Assembly: GCF_006345805.1 (NCBI RefSeq)
Contig: NC_043012.1
Coordinates: forward strand, 7,316,001 to 7,380,000
Direction of reading: 5' to 3'
DNA: 64,000 nt
Source: Octopus sinensis
Taxonomy: Eukaryota
Below are positions 26,901-41,900 of this stretch, piece after piece. Under the pieces are notes generated by a model that saw nothing but the letters and a program-made list of their open reading frames with translations, was not told the origin of the DNA and ran no database searches. Positions within the stretch are counted from its first letter, which is position 1. Every line of letters begins with the position of its first letter. A program made the position numbers and the translations under genes.

Positions 26901-29900
26901 AAAAAAAAAATTTCACACGCTTCGGGCCGCGAGGCCCTGACTGATATCGAACTCGTGACGTTTACTTTACCAACATAACATCACTGAACACAGCAACGCT
27001 ACCGAACGACGAGCGAAAAAAAAAAAAATATGCTACGCTTCGGGCCGCGAGGCCCTGCCTGATATCGAACTCGTGACGTTTACTTTACCAACAAAACATC
27101 ACTGAACACAGAAAGGCTACCGAACGAGCGAACAGAAAAAAAAAAAACTCTACGTTTCGGGCCGCGAGGCCCTGCCTGATATCGAACTCGTGACGTTTAC
27201 TTTACCAACATAACATCACTGAACACAGCAACGCTACCGAACGAGCGAGCAAAAACAATAAAAAATGTTACGCTTCGGGCCGCGAGGCCCTGCCTGATAT
27301 CGAACTCGTGACGTTTACTTTACCAACAAAATATCCCTGAACACAGCAACGCTACCGAACGAGCGAACAAAAAAAAAAAAAAAATACTACGTTTCGGGCC
27401 GCGAGGCCCTGCCTGATGTCGAACTCGTGACGTTTACTTTACCAACAAAACATCACTGAACACAGCAACGCTACCGAACGAGCGAACAAAAAAAAAAATA
27501 ACATTACGCTTCGGGCCGCGAGGCCCTGACTGATATCGAACTCGTGACGTTTACTTTACCAACATAACATCACTGAACACAGCAACGCTACCGAACGAGC
27601 GAGCAAAAAAAAAAAATAACATTACGCTTCGGGCCGCGAGGCCCTGACTGATATCGAACTCGTGACGTTTACTTTACCAACATAACATCACTGAACACAG
27701 CAACGCTACCGAACGAGCGAACAAAAAAAAAAAAATAACTCTACGCTTCGGGCCGCGAGGCCCTGCCTGATATCGACCTCGTGACGTTTACTTTACCAAC
27801 AAAACATCACTGAACACAGCAACGCTACCGAACGAGCGAACAAAAAAAAAAAAAATTTCACGCTCCGGGCCGCGAGGCCCTGACTCATATCGAACTCGTG
27901 ACGTTAACTTTGCCGACAAAACATCACTGAACACAGCAACGCTTCTGAACGAGCGAACAAAAAAAAATAAATATACGCTTCGGGCCGCGAGGCCCTGACT
28001 AATATCGAACTCGTGACGTTTACTTTACCAACAAAACATCACTGAACACAGCAACGCTACCGAACGAGCGAACAAAAAAAAAACAAAAAAGATCTACGCT
28101 TCGGGCCGCGAGGCCCTGGCTGATATCGAACTCGTGACGTTTACTTTACCAACAAAACATCACTGAACACAGCAACGCTACCGAACGAGCGAACAAAAAA
28201 AAACAAAAAATGTTACGCTTCGGGCCTCCAGGCCCTGCCTGATATCGAACTCGTGACGTTTACTTTACCAACAAAACATCACTGAACACAGCAACGCTAC
28301 CGAGCGAGCGAACTAAAAAAAAAAATTACGCTTCGGGCCGCGAGGCCCAGACTTATGTAGAACTCGTGACATTTACTTTACCAACATAACATCACTGAAC
28401 ACAGCAACGCTACCGAACGAGCGAGCAAAAAAAAGAAATAACATTACGCTTCGGGCCGCGAGGCCCTGGCTGATATCGAACTCGTGACGCTTACTTTACC
28501 AACATAACATCACTGAAGTAAACGTCACGAGTTCGATACCAGTCAGGGACTCGGTAGCGTTGCTGTGTTCAGTGATGTTATGTTGGTAAAGTAAACGTCA
28601 CGAGTTCGACATCAAAAAAAATAAAATATGTTACGCTTCGGGCCGCGAGGCCCTGCCTGATATCGAACTCGTGACGTTTACTTTACCAACAGAACATCAC
28701 TGAACACAGCAACGCTACCGAACGAGCGAACAAAAAAAAAAAAAAATTTTACGCTTCGAGCCGCGAGGCCCTGACTGATATCGAACTCGTGACGTTTACT
28801 TTACCAACATAACATCACTGAACACAGCAACGCTACCGAACGAGCGAACAAAAAAAAAACAAAAAACTTTACGCTTCGGGCCGCGAGGCCCTACCTGATA
28901 TCAAACTCGTGACGTTTACTTTACCAACAAAACATCACTGAACACAGCAACGCTACCGAACGGGCGAATAAAAACAAAAAAATAAACACTACGCTTCGGG
29001 CCGCGAGGCCCTGACTGATGTCGAACTCGTGACGTTTACTTTACCAACAAAACATCACTGAGCACAGAAAGGCTACCGAACGAGCGAACAGAAAAAAAAA
29101 AAAAAATTACGTTTCGGGCCGCGAGGCCCTGCCTGATATCGAACTCGTGACGTTTACTTTACCAACATAACATCACTGAACACAGCAACGCTACCGAACG
29201 AGCGAACAAAAAATAACAAAAAACATTACGCTTCGGGCCGCGAGGCCCTGCCTGATATCGAACTCGTGACGTTTACTTTACCAACATAACATCACTGAAC
29301 ACAGCAACGCTACCGAACGAGCGAGCAAAAACAATAAAAAATGCTACGCTTCGGGCCGCGAGGCCCTGCCTGATATCGAACTCGTGACGTTTACTTTACC
29401 AACAAAATATCACTGAACACAGCAACGCTACCGAACGAGCGAACAAAAAAAAAAAAAACTATACGTTTCGGGCCGCGAGGCCCTGCCTGATGTCGAACTC
29501 GTGACGTTTACTTTACCAACATAACATCACTGAACACAGCAACGCTACCGAACGAGCGAGCAAGAAAAAAAAATAATACTACGCTTGGGGCCGCGAGGCC
29601 CTGACTGTTATCGAACTCGTGACGTTTACTTTACCAACATAACATCACTGAACACAGCAACGCTACCGAAAGAGCGAACAAAAAAAAAAAAAAAATCTTA
29701 TGCTTCGGGCCGCGAGGCCCTGCCTGATATCGAACACGCGACGTTTACTTTACCAACATAACATCACTGAACACAGCAACGCTACCGAACGAGCGAACAA
29801 AAAAAAAAAAATGTTACGCTTCGGGCCGCGAGGCCCTGCCTAATATCGAACACGCGTCGTCTACTTTACCAACATAACATCACTGAACACAGCAACGCTA

Positions 29901-32900
29901 CCGAACGAGCGAACAAAAAAAAAAACATATACACTTCGGGCCGCGAGGCCCTGACTAATATCGAACTCGTGACGTTTACTTTACCAACATAACATCACTA
30001 AACACAGCAACGCTACCGAACGAGCGAACAAAAAAATACAAAAAATTTTAAGCTACGGGCCGCGAGGCCCTGCCTGATATCGAACTCGTGACGTTTACTT
30101 TACCAACAAAACATCACTGAACACAGCAACGCTACCGAACGAGCGAACAAAAAAAAAACACATACACTTCGGGCCGCGAGGCCCTGACTAATATCGAACT
30201 CGTGACGTTTACTTTACCAACATAACATCACTAAACACAGCAACGCTACCGAACGAGCGAACAAAAAATACAAAAAAATTTACGCTTCGGGCCGCGAAGC
30301 CCTGACTAATATCGAGCTCGTGACGTTTACTTTACCAACATAACATCACTGAACACAGCAACGCTACCGAACGAGCGAGCAAAAAAAAGAATTAATATTA
30401 CGCTTCGGGCCGCGAGGCCCTGCCTGATATCGAACTCGTGACGTTTACTTTACCAACATAACATCACTGAACACAGCAACGCTACCGAACGAGCGAGCAA
30501 AAAAAAAAAATGTTACGCTTCGGGCCGCGAGGCCCTGCCTGATATCGAACTCGTGACGTTTACTTTACCAACAAAATATCACTGAACACAGCAACGCTAC
30601 CGAACGAGCGAACAAAAAAAAAAAAAAATTCTACGTTTCGGGCCGCGAGGCCCTGCCTGATGTCGAACTCGTGACGTTTACTTTACCAACAAAACATCAC
30701 TGAACACAGCAACGCTACCGAGCGAGCGAACTAAAAAAAAAAAAAAAAAATTACGCTTCGGGCCGCGAGGCCCTGACTAATATCTAACTCGTGACGTTTA
30801 CTTTACCAACATAACATCACAGAACACAGCAACGGTACCGAACGAGCGAGCAAGAAAAAAAAATAATATCACGCTTCGGGCCGCGAGGCCCTGACTGATA
30901 TCGAACTCGTGACGTTTACTTTACCAACATAACATCACTGAACACAGCAACGCTACCGAAAGACGAACCAAAAAAAAAAAAAATCTTATGCTTCGGGCCG
31001 CGAGGCCCTGCCTGATATCGAACACGCGACGTTTACTTTACCAACATAACATCACTGAACACAGCAACGCTACCGATAGAGCGAACAAAAAAAAAAAAAT
31101 TTACGCTTCGGGCCGCGAGGCCCTGCCTAATATCGAACACGCGACGTCTACTTTACCAACATAAAATCACTGAACACAGCAACGCTACCGAACGAGCGAG
31201 CAAAAAAAAAAAAGTTCTACGCGTCGGGACGCGAGGCCCTGCCTGTAATCGAACTAGTGACGTTTACTTTACCAACATAACATCACTAAACACAGCAACG
31301 CTACCGAAAGAGCGAACAAAAAAATACAAATAAATTATACGCTTCGGGCCGCGAGGCCCTGCCTGATTTCGAACTCGTGACGTTTACTTTACCAACAAAA
31401 CATCACTGAACACAGCAACGCTACCGAACGAGCGAACAAAGAAAAAAACAGATACACTTCGGGCCGCGAGGCCCTGACTAATATCGAACTCGTGACGTTT
31501 ACTTTACCAACATAACATCACTAAACACAGCAACGCTACCGAACGAGCGAACAAAAAATACAAAAAAATTTACGCTTCGGGCCGCGAGGCCCTGACTAAT
31601 ATCGAACTCGTGACGTTTACTTTACCAACATAACATCACTGAACACAGCAACGCTACCGAACGAGCGAGCAAAAAAAAAAAAAATATTACGCTTCGGGCC
31701 GCGAGGCCCTGCCTGATATCGAACTCGTGACGTTTACTTTACCAACATAACATCACTGAACACAGCAACGCTACCGAACGAGCGAGCAAAAAAAATAAAA
31801 AATGTTACGCTTCGGGCCGCGAGGCCCTGCCTGATATCGAACTCGTGACGTTTACTTTACCAACAAAACATCACTGAACACAGCAACGCTACCGAGCGAG
31901 CGAAGTAAAAAAAAAAAATTTTACGCTTCGGGCCGCGAGGCCCTGTCCGATATCGAAATCGTGACGTTTACTTTACCAACAAAAGATCACTGAACACAGC
32001 AACGCTACCGAAAGAGCGAACAAAAAAAAAAAACCTTACGCTTCGGGCCGCGAGGCCCTGGCTGATACAGAACTCGTGACGTTTACTTTACCAACATAAC
32101 ATCACTGAACACAGCAACGCTACCGAACGAGCGAGCAAAAACAAACAAACAACCTGACGCTTCGGGCCGCGAGGCACTGCCATATATCGAACTCGTGACG
32201 TTTACTTTACCAACAGAACATCACTGAACACAGCAACGCTACCGAACGAGCGAACAAAAAAAAAAAGCTGTACGCTTCGGGCCGCGAGGCCCTGCCTGAT
32301 TTCGAACTCTTGACGTTTACTTTACCAACATAACATCACTGAACACAGCAACGCTACCGAACGAGCGAACAAAAAAAAACAAACAACTCTACGCTTCGGG
32401 CCGCGAGGCCCTGCCATATATCGAACTCATGACGTTTACTTTACCAACAGAACATCACTGAACACAGCAACGCTACCGAACGAGCGAACAAAAAAAAACA
32501 AACAAATTTACCCTTTGGGCCGCGCGGCCCTGCCTGGTAGCGAACTCGTGACGTTTACTTTACCAACAAAAGATCACTGAAAACAGCAACGCTACCGAAC
32601 GAGCGAACAAAAAAAAAAAGCATTACGCTTCGGGCCGCGAGGCCACGACTGATGTCGAACTCGTGACGTTTACTTTACCGACAAAACATCACTGAACACA
32701 GCAACGCTACCGAACGAGCGAGCAAAAAAAATAGAATATGTTACGCTTCGGGCCGCGAGGCCCTGCCTGATATCGAACTCGTGACGATTACTTTACCAAC
32801 AAAACATCACTGAACACAGCAACGCTACCAAGCGAGCGAAAAAAAAAAAAAAAAAAATCCTACGCTTCGGGCCGCGAGGCCCTGACTAGTGACGTACTCG

Positions 32901-35900
32901 TGACGTTTACTTTACCAACATAACATCACTGAACACAGCAACGCTACCGAACGAGCGAGCAAAAAAAAAAAACAATATTATGCTTCGGGCCGCGAGGCCC
33001 TGGCTGATATCGAACTCGTGACGTTTACTTTACCAACATAACATCACTGAACACAGCAACGCTACCGAAAGAGCGAACAAAAAAAAAAAAATCTTACGCT
33101 TCGGGCCGCGAGGCCCTGCGTAATATCGAACACGCGACATTTACTTTAACAACATAACATCACTGAACACAGCAACGCTACCGAACGAGCGAACAAAAAA
33201 AAACAAACAACTTTACGCTTCGGGCCGCGAGGCCCTGCCATATATCGAACTCGTGACGTTTGCTTTACCAACAGAACATCACTGAACACAGCAACGCTAC
33301 CGAACGAGCGAAGAAAGGGAAGAAAGAAATGTTTTACGCTTCGGGCCGCGAGGCCCTGCCTAATATTAAACTCGTGACGTTTACTTTACCAACATAACAT
33401 CACTGAACACAGCAACGCTACCGACCGAGCGAACAAAAAAAAAACAAAAAATTTTACGCTTCGGGCCGCGAGGCCCTGCCTGATATCGAACTCGTGACGT
33501 TTACTTTACCAACAAAACATCACTGAACACAGCAACGCTACCGAACGGGCGAATAAAAACAAAAAAAAAAAAAACACTACGCTTCGGGCCGCGAGGCCCT
33601 GACTGATATCGAACTCGTGACGTTTACTTTACCAACATAACATCACTGAAAACAGCAACGCTACCGAATGAGCGAAAAAAAAAAAAAAAATTTCACGTTT
33701 CGGGCCGCGCGGCCCTGCCTGATATCGAACTCGTGACGTTTACTTTACCAACAAAACATCACTGAACACAGCAACGCTACCGAACGAGCGAACAAAAAAA
33801 AAAATAATATTACGCTTCGGGCCGCGAGGCCCTGACTGATATCGATCTCGTGACGTTTACTTTACCAACATAACATCACTGAACACAGCAACGCTACCGA
33901 ACGAGCGAACAAAAAATAAAAAATAATACCACGCTTCGGGCCGCGAGGCCCTGCCTGATATCGAACTCGTGACGTTTACTTTACCAACAAAACATCACTG
34001 AACACAGCAACGCTACCGAGCGAGCGAAGTAAAAAAAAAAAATTTTACGCTTCGGGCCGCGAGGCCCTGTCTGGTATCGAAATCGTGACGTTTACTTTAC
34101 CAACAAAAGATCACTGAACACAGCAACGCTACCGAAAGAGCGAACAAAAAAAAAAAAATTCTACGCTTCGGGCCGCGAGGCCCTGGCTGATGTAGAACTC
34201 GTGACGTTTACTTTACCAACATAACATCACTGAACACAGCAACGCTACCGAACGAGCGAGCAAAAAAAAAAAAAAAACTTTACGCTTCGGGCCGCGAGGC
34301 CCTGCCTAATATCGAACTCTTGACGTTTACCTTAACAACAAAACATCACTGAACACAGCAACGCTACCGAGCGAGCGAAGTAAAAAAAAAAAAATTTTAC
34401 GCTTCGGGCCGCGAGGCCCTGCCTGATGTCTGGCTCGTGGCGTTTACTTTACCAACATAACATCACTGAACACAGCAACGCTCCCGAACGAGCGAACAAA
34501 AAAAAAAACTCCCACGCTTCGGGCCGCGAGGCCCTGCCTAGTATCGAACTCTTGACGTTTACTTTACCAACATAACATCACTGAACACAGCAACGCTACC
34601 GAAGGAGCGAACAAAAAAAAACAAAAAACTTTACGCTTCGGGCCTCGAGGCCCTGCCTAATATCGAACTTGTGGCGTTTACTTTACCAACATAACATCAC
34701 TGAACACAGCAACGCTACCGAACGAGCGAACAAAAAAAAACAAAAAACTATAAGCTTCGGGCCGCGAGGCCCTGACTGATATCGAACTCGTGACGTTTAA
34801 CTTACCAACATAACATCACTGAAGACAGCAACGCTACCGAACGAGCGAACAAAAAGAAAAAAGAAATGTATTACGCTTTGGGCCGCGAGGCCCTGCCTGA
34901 TATCGAACTCGTGACGTTTACTTTACCAACAAAACATCACTGAACACAGCAACGCTACCGAACGAGCGAACAAAAAAAAAAATTTTACGCTTCGGGCCGC
35001 GAGGCCCTCGCCGGTATCGAATCGTGACGTTTACTTTACCAACATAACATCACTGAACACAGCAACGCTACCGAACGAGCGAACAAAAAAAGAAAATAAT
35101 ATTGAGCTTCGGGCCGCGAGGCCCTGACTAATATCGAACTCGTGACGTTTACTTTACCAACAAAACATCACTGAACACAGCAACGCTACCGAACGAGCGA
35201 ACAAAAAAAAAAAAAAATTTTACGGTTCGGGCCGCGTGGCCCTGCCTGATGTCGAGCTCGTGACGTTTACTTTACCAACATAACATCACTTAACACAGCA
35301 ACGCTACCGAACGAGCGAGCAAAAAAAAATAATAACATTACGCTTCGGGCCGCGAGGCCCTGACTGATATCGAACTCGTGACATTTACTTTACCAACATA
35401 ACATCACTGAACACAGCAACGCTACCGAAAGAGCGAACAAAAAAAAAAAACCTTACGCTTCGGGCCGCGAGGCCCTGCCATATATCGAACACGCGACGTT
35501 TACTTTACCAACATAACATCACTGAACACAGCAACGCTACCGAACGAGCGAACAAAAAAAAAAAAAATACCTTACGTTTCGGGCCACGAGGCCCTGCCTG
35601 ATATCGAACTCGTGACGTTTACTTTACCAACAAAACATCACTGAACACAGCAACGCTACCGAGCGAGCGAACTAAAAAATAATAAAATTTTACGCTTCGG
35701 GCCGCGAGGCCCTGACTGATATCGGACTCGTGACCTTTACTTTACCAACATAACATCACTGAACACAGCAACGCTACCGAACGAGCGAGCAAAAAAAAAA
35801 AAAAATATTACGCTTCGGGCCGCGAGGCCCTGACTGATATCGAACACGTGACGTTTACTTTACCAACATAACATCACTGAACACAGCAACGCTACCGAAC

Positions 35901-38900
35901 GAGCGAACAAAAAAAAACAAAAAAGTTTACGCTTCGGGCCGCGAGGCCCTGCCTGATATCGCACTCGTGACGTTTACTTTACCAACATAACATCACTGAA
36001 CACAGCAACGCTACCGAACGAGCGAACAAAAAAAAAAATAATATTAAGCTTCGGGCCGCGAGGCCCTGACTTATATCGAACTCGTGACGTTTAATTTACC
36101 AACATAACATCACTGAACACAGCAACGCTACCGAACGAGCGAACAAAAAGAAAAAAGAGACGTTTTACGCTTCGGGCAGCGAGGCCCTACCTGATATCGA
36201 ACTCGTGACGTTTACTTTACCAACAAAATATCACTGAACACAGCAACGCTACCGAACGAGCGAACAAAAAGAAAGAAGAAATGTTTTACGCTTCGGGCCG
36301 CGAGGCCATGCCTGATATCGAACTCGTGACGTTTACTTTACCAACGTAACATCACTGAACACAGCAACGCTACCGAACGAGTGAACAAAAATAAGAAAGA
36401 AATCTTACGCTTCGGACCGCGAGGCCCTGGCTGATATGAAACTCGCGAAAGCTACTTTACCAACATAACATAACTGAACACAGCAACGCTACCGAACGAG
36501 CGAACAAAAAAATAAGTTTTACGCTTCGGAACGCGAGGCCCTGCCTGATATCAAACTCGTGACGTTTACTTTACCAACATAACATCACTGAACACAGCAA
36601 CGCTACCGAACGAGCGAACAAAAAAAAAAAAATTTCTACCAACAAAAGATCACTGAAAACAGCAACGCTACCGAACGAGCGAACAAAAAAAAAAGCATTA
36701 CGCTTCGGGCCGCGAGGCCACGACTGATGTCGAACTCGTGACGTTTACTTTACCAACATAACATCACTGAACACAGCAACGCTACCGAACGAGCGAAAGA
36801 AAAAAAATAACAATATTACGCTTCGGGCCGCGAGGCCCTGACTGATATCGAACTCGTGACGTTTACTTTACCAACATAACATCACTGAAAACAGCAACGC
36901 TACCGAACGAGCGAACAAAAAAAAACAAAAAATTCTACGCTTCGGGCCGCGAGGCCCTGCCTCATATAGAACTCGTGACGTTTACTTTACCGACAAAACA
37001 TCACTGAACACAGCAACGCTACCGAACGAGCGAAAAAAAAAAAAAAATTTTACGCTTCGGGCCGCGAGGCCCTGTCTGATATCGAACTCGTGACGTTTAC
37101 TTTACCAACATAACATCACTGAACACAGCAACGCTACCGAACGAGCGAACAAAAAAAAACAAACAAACTTACGCTTCAGGCGGCGAGGCCCTGCCTAATA
37201 TCGAACTCGTGACGTTTACTTTACCAACAAAACATCACTGAACACAGCAACGCTACCGAACGAGCGAATAAAAAAAAAACAATTAACAAGCTTCGGGCCG
37301 CGAGGCCACGACTAGTGTCGAACTCGTGACGTTTACTTTACCAACATAACATCACTGAACACAGCAACGCTACCGAACGAGAGAACAAAAAAAAAAATAA
37401 TATTACGCTTCGGGCCGCGAGGCCCTCACTGATATCGAACTCGTGACGTATACTTTACCAACATAACATCACTGAACACAGCAACGCTACCGAACAAGCG
37501 AACAAAAAAAAACAAATAATTTTACGCTTCGGGCCGCGAGGCCCTGCCTGATATCGAACTCGTGACGTTTACTATACCAACAAAACATCACTGAACACAG
37601 CAACGCTACCGAACGAGCGAACAAAAAGAAAAAAGTAATGTTTTACGCATCGGGCCGCGAGGCCCTGCCTAATATCGAACTCGTGACGTTTACTTTACCA
37701 ACATAACATCACTGAACACAGCAACGCTACCGAACGAGCGAACAAAAAAAAAAAAAAAATTTACGATTCGGGCCGCGAGGCCCTGACTAATATCGAACTC
37801 GTGACGTTTACTTTACCAACATAACATCACTGAACAGCGCAACGCTACCGAACGAGCGAGCAAAAAAAATTTAAAATGTTAATCTTCGGGTCGCGAGGCA
37901 CTGCCTGATATCGAACTCGTGACGTTTACTTTACCAACAAAACATCACTGAACACAGCAACGCTACCGAACGAGCGAACAAAAAAAAAAATAATATTACG
38001 CTTCGGGCCGCGAGGCCCTGACTGATATCGAACTCGTGACGTTTACTTTACCAACATAACATCACTGAACACAGCAACGCTACCGAACGAGCGAACAAAA
38101 AAAAAAATAATAATACCACGCTTCGGGCCGCGAGGCCCTGCCTGATATCGAACTCGTGACGTTTACTTTACCAACAAAACATCACTGAACACAGCAACGC
38201 TACCGAGCGAGCGAAGTAAAAAAAAAAAAAAATTTTACGCTTCGGGCCGCGAGGCCCTGCCTGATATCGAACTCGTGACGTTTACTTTACCAACATAACA
38301 TCACTGAACACAGCAACGCTACCGAACGAGCGAGCAAAAAAAAAAAAAACTGTACGCTTCGGGCCGCGAGGCCCTGCCTAATATCGAACTCTTGACGTTT
38401 ACTTTACCAACAAAAAATCACGAAAACAGCACGCTACCGAGAGCTAGCGAAGTAAAAAAAAAAAAAATTTTACGCTTCGGGCCGCGAGGCCTGCTGACAT
38501 TGAAATCGTGACGTTTACTTTACCAACATATCATCACTGAACACAGCAACGCTACCGAACGAGCGAACAAAAAAAACAAAAAATTTTACGCTTCGGGCCG
38601 CGAGGCCCTGCCTGATATCGAACTCGTGGCGTTTACTTTACCAACATAACATCACTGAACACAGCAACGCTACCGAACGAGCGAACAAAAAAAAAAAGTC
38701 CTACGCTTCGGGCCGCGAGGCCCTGCCTGACATTGAAATCGTGACGTTTACTTTACCAACATATCATCACTGAACACAGCAACGCTACCGAACGAGCGAA
38801 CAAAAAAAACAAAAAACTTTACGCTTCGGGCCGCGAGGCCCTGCCTGATATCGAACTCGTGGCGTTTACTTTACCAACATAACATCAATGAACACAGCAA

Positions 38901-41900
38901 CGCTACCGAACGAGCGAACAGAAAAAAAAAGTACTACGCTTCGGGCCGCGAGGCCCTGACTGACATCGACCTCGGGACGTTTACTTTACCAACATAACAT
39001 CACTGAACACAGCAACGCTACCGATCGAGCGAACAAAAAAAAAACAGTAAGCTGCGGGCCGCGAGGCCCTGACTGATATCGAACTCGTGACGTTTACTTT
39101 CCCAACATAACATCACTGAACACAGCAACGCAACGGAACGAGCGAACAAAAAAAAAAAGTTCTAAGCTTCGGGCCACGAGGCCCTGCCTGATATCGAACT
39201 CGTGACGTTTACTTTACCAACATAACATCACTGAACACAGCAACGCTACCGAACGAGCGAACAAAAAAAAATAATAATATTAAGCTTCGGGCCGCGAGGC
39301 CCTGACTGATATCGAACTCGTGACGTTTAATTTACCAACATAACATCACTGAACACAGCAACGCTACCGAACGAGCGAACAAAAAAAAAAAAAAAATGTA
39401 TTACGCTTCGGGCCGCGAGGCCCTGCCTGATATCGAACTCGTGACGTTTACTTTACCAACAAAACATCACTGAACACAGCAACGCTACCGAACGAGCGAA
39501 CAAAAAGAAAAAACCTTACGCTTCGGGCCGCGAGGCCCTGCCTAATATCGAACTCGTGACGTTTACTTTACCAACAAAACATCACTGAACACAGCAACGC
39601 TACCGAACGAGCGAACAAAAAAAAACAAAAAACCATACGCTTCGGGCCGCGAGGCCCTGCCTGGTATCGAACTCGTGACGTTTACTTTACCAACAAAACA
39701 TCACTGAACACAGCAACGCTACCGAACGAGCGAACAAAAAAAAAAATTTACGCTTCGGGCCGCGAGGCCCTCGCTGGTATCGATTTCGTGACGTTTACTT
39801 TACCAACATAACATCACTGAACAAAGCAACGCTACCGAACGAGCGAACAAAAAAAGAAAATAATATTGAGCTTCGGGCCGCGAGGCCCTGACTGATATCG
39901 AACTCGTGACGTTTACTTTACCAACAAAACATCACTGAACACAGCAACGCTACAAAACGAGCGAACAAAAAAAAAAAAAAATTTTACGCTTCGGGCTGCG
40001 TGGCCCTGCCTGATATCGAACTCGTGACGTTTACTTTACCAACATAACATCACTTAACACAGCAACGCTACCGAACGAGCGAGCAAAAAAAAAATAATAA
40101 TATTACGCTTCGGGCCGCGAGGCCCTGCCATATATCGAACACGCGACGTTTACTTTACCAACATAACATCACTGAACACAGCAACGCTACCGAACGAGCG
40201 AACAAAAAAAAAAAATATCTTACGTTTCGGGCCGCGAGGCCCTGCCTGATATCGAACTCGTGACGTTTACTTTACCAACATAACATCACTGAACACAGCA
40301 ACGCTACCGAACGAGCGAACAAAAAAAAAACAAACAAACTTTACGCTTCGGGCCGCGAGGCCCTGCCTGATATCGATCTCGTGACGTTTACTTTACCAAC
40401 AAAAGATCACTGAACACAGCAACGCTTCCGAACGAGCGAAAAAAAAAAAAAAAAATTTACGCTTCGGGCCGCGAGGCCCTGACTGACAACGAACTCGTGA
40501 CGTTTACTTTACCAACATAACATCACTGAACACAGCAACGCTACCGAACGAGCGAGCAAAAAAAAAAAAAAATGTTACGCTGCGGGCCGCGAGGCCCTGC
40601 CAGGTATCGAACTCGTGACGTTTACTTTACCAACAAAACATCACTGAACACAGCAACGCTACCGAGCGAGCGAAGTAAAAAAAAAAAAAATTTACGCTTC
40701 GGGCCACGAGGCCCTGCCTGATATCGGACTCGTGACGTTTACTTTACCAACATAACATCACTGAACACAGCAACGCTACCGAACGAGCGAACAAAAAAAA
40801 AAATAATACTAAGCTTCGGGCCGCGAGGCCCTGACTGATATCGAACTCGTGACGTTTAATTTACCAACATAACATCACTGAACACAGCAACGCTACCGAA
40901 CGAGCGAACAAAAAGAAAAAAGAGACGTTTTACGCTTCCGGCCGCGAGGCCCTGCCTGATATCGAACTCGTGACGTTTACTTTACCAACAAAACATCACT
41001 GAACACAGCAACGCTACCGAACGAGCGAACAAAAAGAAAGAAGAAATGTTTTACGCTTCGGGCCGCGAGGCCCTGCCTGATATCAAACTCGTGACGTTTA
41101 CTTTACCAACGTAACATCACTGAACACAGCAACGCTACCGAACGAGTGAACAAAATAAGAAAGAAATCTTACGCTTCGGACCGCGAGGCCCTGGCTGATA
41201 TGAAACTCGCGAAAGCTACTTTACCAACATAACATAACTGAACACAGCAACGCTACCGAACGAGCGAACAAAAAAATAAATTTTACGCTTCGGGCCGTGA
41301 GGCCCTGCCTGATATCAAACTCGTGACGTTTACTTTACCAACATAACATCACTGAACACAGCAACGCTACCGAACGAGCGAACAAAAAAAAAAAAAATTC
41401 TACGCATCGGGCAGCGAGGCCCTGCCTGGTATCGAACTCGTGACGTTTACTTTACCAACAAAACATCACTGAACACAGCAACGCTACCGAACGAGCGAAC
41501 AAAAAAAAAAAAAAATCTTACGCTTCGGGCCGCGAGGCCCTGCCTGATATCGAACACGCGACGTTTACTTTACCAACATAACGTCACTGAACGCAGCAAC
41601 GCTACCGAACAAGCGAACAAAAAAAAAAGCTTTACGCTTCGGGCCGCGAGGCCCTGTCTGATGTCAAACTCGTGACGTTTACTTTACCAACATAACATCA
41701 CTGAACACAGCAACGCTACCAAACGAGCGAGCAAAAAAAAAAAAAAATGTTACGCTTCGGGCCGCGAGGCCCTGCCTAATGTCGAACACGCGACGTTTAC
41801 TTTACCAACATAACATCACTGAACACAGCAACGCTACCGAACGAGCGAACAAAAAAAAAAGATTGACGCTTCGGGCCGCGAGGCCCTGACTAATATCGAA

